The notes under the pieces are model-generated. The model had not been told where the DNA came from. It worked only from the letters and a program-made list of their open reading frames with translations, and did no database searches. Source: a phage. Taken from it: a stretch of 1,199 nucleotides of DNA. The position numbers were made by a program, and so were the translations under genes. Positions 1 through 1,199 of the stretch are shown one piece after another. Within the stretch, counting starts at the first letter, position 1. Each line of letters begins with the position of its first letter. The stretch lies in the sequence record OR846207.1, one strand, 5' to 3'.

Positions 1-1
1 A

Positions 2-151
2 AACCAAACCCTGCTTGACCAGCGCCTTTCAGATCTTGAACTAAAAGATTTGGATGCGCAAATATCAGAAGCAGAAGCCAAGCTATCCAGCTTAAACCAC
101 CGCAGGAAGCAAATCCGCAACAGAATTACTCAGGGACGCGGAAGCTGTTGA
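2..151 (+). CDS. 3' end of a CDS truncated by the window start; 49 C-terminal residues (…NQTLLDQRLSDLELKDLDAQISEAEAKLSSLNHRRKQIRNRITQGRGSC), stop TGA at 149-151; function unknown
   Basis: Only plus frame open across 1-151 (frames 1 and 3 hit stops at 16-18 and about 40). The minus strand has stops in all three frames here. Residues are charged with a heptad-like Leu pattern and a basic tail. No start codon in the window, so it is absent from the ORF track. Confidence 0.45.
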   Translation, partial: NQTLLDQRLSDLELKDLDAQISEAEAKLSSLNHRRKQIRNRITQGRGSC

Positions 152-160
152 AATCCTAGT

Positions 161-478
161 CTATTTTTTCTCAGAGCTCATATTGTAATAGGTGGTATAA
201 ATAGAGATTGATTTCTGACATGCTTCAAGAAATTGCTGCGGAGTCATCCCAAGCCTTGCTTGCTCTGTAGTAAGGAATCTCTGTAAGAATTCATTCCCAC
301 CCGGCATGTTTGTAGATTCTTGGAATATTGCCATTTGTTTGATTGCACCACACATACCAGCCATTTTCGAAGCTATCATGAGGCCTTGTATTTCATCAAA
401 ACTGCTATCGTCTGATTTTGTTTCTGCGTTAGCTATGCTCGAGAGACACAGGAGCAATAGGATAGCGATGCGTTTCAT
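161..478 (-). CDS. Small secreted/periplasmic protein of unknown function, 105 aa, with a Sec signal peptide; co-transcribed with the Mnt-like repressor
   Basis: N-terminus MKRIAILLLLCLSSIANA-ETK has a classic n-region (MKR), a hydrophobic core and an AXA (ANA) signal-peptidase I site. The mature part of about 87 aa has two Cys (GMCGA, EACQK) that could form a periplasmic disulfide. No lipobox is present (LLLC does not fit L-[AS]-[GA]-C). Its ATG (478-476) overlaps the upstream TGA (477-475) as ATGA. An SD-like AAGGGTG lies about 5-7 nt upstream inside the preceding gene. Confidence 0.75.
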   Translation of the reverse strand: MKRIAILLLLCLSSIANAETKSDDSSFDEIQGLMIASKMAGMCGAIKQMAIFQESTNMPGGNEFLQRFLTTEQARLGMTPQQFLEACQKSISIYTTYYNMSSEKK

Positions 479-723
479 TTTTCACCCTTACCATACATGG
501 TTTTCAGCGTCTCAAGCAGCGCCTCTTTGAATTTGTCAGCTTCTTGCTGAGCAAATGACTCAACTGACTTTGGCGACCTATCTTCATCAATCGCGGCTTG
601 CAAAATCATGACGATCTCGGAGTTAACAGAGCGACCATTTTTTGATGCTCTAACAGCAAGAGCCTCGCGTAAAGATTCAGGGATTCTTACCGTAGTTGGA
701 GAAATTGACACACCCTTTGCCAT
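475..723 (-). CDS. Mnt-like ribbon-helix-helix transcriptional repressor (Arc/MetJ superfamily), 82 aa
   Basis: N-terminal beta-strand and helix motif TVRIPESLREALAVRASKNGRSVNSEIVMILQAAI matches the RHH signature and closely parallels P22 Mnt as I recall it (FRMPMEVREKLKFRAEANGRSMNSELLQIVQDAL). A C-terminal extension ending ...LLETLKTMYGKGEK resembles the Mnt tetramerisation helix (...TLKDLYKKTT). Length is Mnt-like. SD-like AAAGGTG sits 4-6 nt upstream of the ATG at 723-721. Confidence 0.85.
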   Translation of the reverse strand: MAKGVSISPTTVRIPESLREALAVRASKNGRSVNSEIVMILQAAIDEDRSPKSVESFAQQEADKFKEALLETLKTMYGKGEK

Positions 724-743
724 AACACACCTTTGGTATTCAA

Positions 744-755
744 TTTGATATCAAA
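744..755. promoter_or_regulatory. Perfect 12-bp palindrome TTTGATATCAAA, candidate RHH operator; extends to an 18-bp near-palindrome CAaTTTGATATCAAAgTG (741-758)
   Basis: Read directly from the sequence. It lies 21 bp upstream of the Mnt-like start codon and 18 bp upstream of the -35 of the plus-strand promoter. RHH repressors bind short dyad-symmetric operators. A related half copy TTTGCTATC occurs at 791-799. Confidence 0.45.
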
Positions 756-763
756 GTGTATGC

Positions 764-774
764 AAAAAAATTTT
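764..774. promoter_or_regulatory. A7T4 tract (AAAAAAATTTT) abutting the -35 element, possible UP-element or intrinsic bend
   Basis: Read directly from the sequence. A/T tracts just upstream of a -35 hexamer are the usual position of UP elements. No functional evidence. Confidence 0.3.
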
Positions 775-801
775 GACTAGATATACTCACTTTGCTATCT
801 T
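773..801 (+). promoter_or_regulatory. Sigma70-like promoter for the Arc-like operon: -35 TTGACT (773-778), 17-bp spacer, extended -10 TGcTATCTT (793-801)
   Basis: TTGACT is 5/6 to TTGACA. Spacer is 17 bp. TATCTT is 4/6 to TATAAT and is preceded by a TG extended -10 motif. Predicted start near 808 gives a leader of about 30 nt to the ATG at 838. Confidence 0.5.
779..800. promoter_or_regulatory. Inverted repeat AGATA-N12-TATCT across the promoter spacer and -10, candidate second operator
   Basis: AGATA at 779-783 and its reverse complement TATCT at 796-800. The position between -35 and -10 is where I recall the Arc operator sitting in P22 Pant. Arms are short, so chance occurrence is plausible in AT-rich DNA. 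Confidence 0.25.
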
Positions 802-827
802 TTGTATTCGAAAAGAGTTGTTTATGT

Positions 828-833
828 GGAGGG
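828..833 (+). promoter_or_regulatory. Shine-Dalgarno GGAGGG for the Arc-like gene
   Basis: GGAGGG lies 4-5 nt upstream of the ATG at 838 and supports 838 over the TTG at 802 as the true start. Confidence 0.6.
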
Positions 834-837
834 TAAC

Positions 838-990
838 ATGGAGAAAGAAATAAGTAAGATTTTGGTAAGGATGCCGCAGTCGTTAAAGGATGCTATCGGT
901 AGCAGGGCAAAGGAAGAGTGTAGGTCGTTTAACTCAGAGGTTATCAAGCGCCTGATAGACAGCCTGAAGAGAGAGGGGGTTACGGTATGA
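838..990 (+). CDS. Arc-like ribbon-helix-helix repressor, 50 aa (MEKEISKILVRMPQSLKDAIGSRAKEECRSFNSEVIKRLIDSLKREGVTV)
   Basis: Aligns along its whole length with P22 Arc as I recall it (…FNLRWPREVLDLVRKVAEENGRSVNSEIYQRVMESFKKEGRIGA): R-[WM]-P beta-strand, RS-x-NSE helix-A cap, ESFKKEG versus DSLKREG at the C-terminus. Strong SD and ATG at 838. The ORF track's 62-aa version starts at an upstream TTG (802) with no RBS. Confidence 0.85.
   Translation: MEKEISKILVRMPQSLKDAIGSRAKEECRSFNSEVIKRLIDSLKREGVTV
971..979 (+). promoter_or_regulatory. Purine-rich Shine-Dalgarno (GAGAGGGGG) for the downstream membrane-protein gene, inside the 3' end of the Arc-like gene
   Basis: GAGG/GGGGG lies 7-10 nt upstream of the ATG at 987; that ATG overlaps the Arc-like TGA stop (ATGA at 987-990). 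Confidence 0.5.
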
Positions 991-1199
991 AGGTGTCATT
1001 GCTTGATCGTTCTTTACAATTTTTGTCTGGCGCAATCATTGTAGTTTGCTTGCTCGTGATTTTTACATCCTTAATCAATATGTATCAATCAGGGGAGCGA
1101 TTGACAAAGACGATAGAGGAAAAGAAATCAGTCTCAAATTACGAAGTATCACATGCACATAACGATTTAGTAGAAAGCCTTGACCGTATTAACAAGAGG
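987..1199 (+). CDS. 5' part of a CDS for a membrane-anchored protein of unknown function (71 aa in window, continues past the window end); one N-terminal TM helix
   Basis: ATG at 987 is in an open frame to 1199 with no stop: MKVSLLDRSLQFLSGAIIVVCLLVIFTSLINMYQSGERLTKTIEEKKSVSNYEVSHAHNDLVESLDRINKR. Residues 11-30 form a roughly 20-residue hydrophobic stretch, with K/R before it (positive-inside) and a charged hydrophilic region after. Absent from the ORF track only because it has no stop in the window. Confidence 0.7.
   Translation, partial: MKVSLLDRSLQFLSGAIIVVCLLVIFTSLINMYQSGERLTKTIEEKKSVSNYEVSHAHNDLVESLDRINKR

Noticed and set aside
161-478. Lipoprotein call for the secreted protein because of a Cys in the signal peptide
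   Set aside because: LLLC does not fit the lipobox (small residue at -1 is lacking). An AXA signal-peptidase I site (ANA) follows, so a cleaved Sec signal peptide is favoured.
306-530. 74-aa plus-strand ORF from the six-frame track (MFVDSWNIAICLIAPHIPAIF...)
   Set aside because: It lies entirely antisense to the secreted-protein and Mnt-like genes, which are well supported. It has no Shine-Dalgarno, spans the junction of two real genes, and has no recognisable motif. Most likely a shadow ORF.
747-752. GATATC (EcoRV) and GAGCTC (175-180, SacI) sites as restriction-modification signals
   Set aside because: Six-bp palindromes are expected by chance in 1.2 kb. The GATATC is better explained as the core of the 12-bp operator-like palindrome.
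802-837. N-terminal extension of the Arc-like ORF from a TTG at 802 (62-aa version in the ORF track)
   Set aside because: The TTG falls at the predicted -10 and transcription start, has no RBS, and adds 12 residues absent from Arc-like proteins. The ATG at 838 has a strong GGAGGG Shine-Dalgarno.
987-1199. Downstream gene as an Ant-type antirepressor, by analogy with P22 arc-ant
   Set aside because: The N-terminus carries a hydrophobic transmembrane helix, inconsistent with a soluble antirepressor. Only 71 aa are visible, so the rejection covers the N-terminal region only.
1-1199. tRNA, rRNA, CRISPR array or IS/transposon ends
   Set aside because: No repeat-spacer periodicity, no cloverleaf-compatible segments, and no terminal inverted repeats or transposase-like ORFs. 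The only repeats are the short operator-like palindromes in 741-802.

Overview
AT-rich (roughly 40% GC by eye) bacterial window holding a compact head-to-head regulatory module that resembles the immI region of phage P22. A Mnt-like ribbon-helix-helix (RHH) repressor gene (475..723, minus) and an Arc-like RHH repressor gene (838..990, plus) are transcribed divergently from a 114-bp intergenic region. That region carries a sigma70-like promoter, an A/T tract and a perfect 12-bp palindrome (TTTGATATCAAA). Each repressor gene overlaps its downstream gene by an ATGA stop/start junction. The Mnt-like gene is followed by a 105-aa protein with a clear Sec signal peptide (161..478, minus). The Arc-like gene is followed by a protein with an N-terminal transmembrane helix that runs off the window (987..>1199, plus), where P22 carries the antirepressor Ant. 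The window starts with the 3' end of an unrelated plus-strand ORF (<2..151) encoding a coiled-coil-like C-terminus. All homology statements rest on my recollection of the P22 Arc and Mnt sequences and on motif reading; no database search was possible. The module is probably prophage- or plasmid-borne, and its two cargo genes are the candidates for an undescribed function such as exclusion, abortive infection or a toxin/immunity pair.
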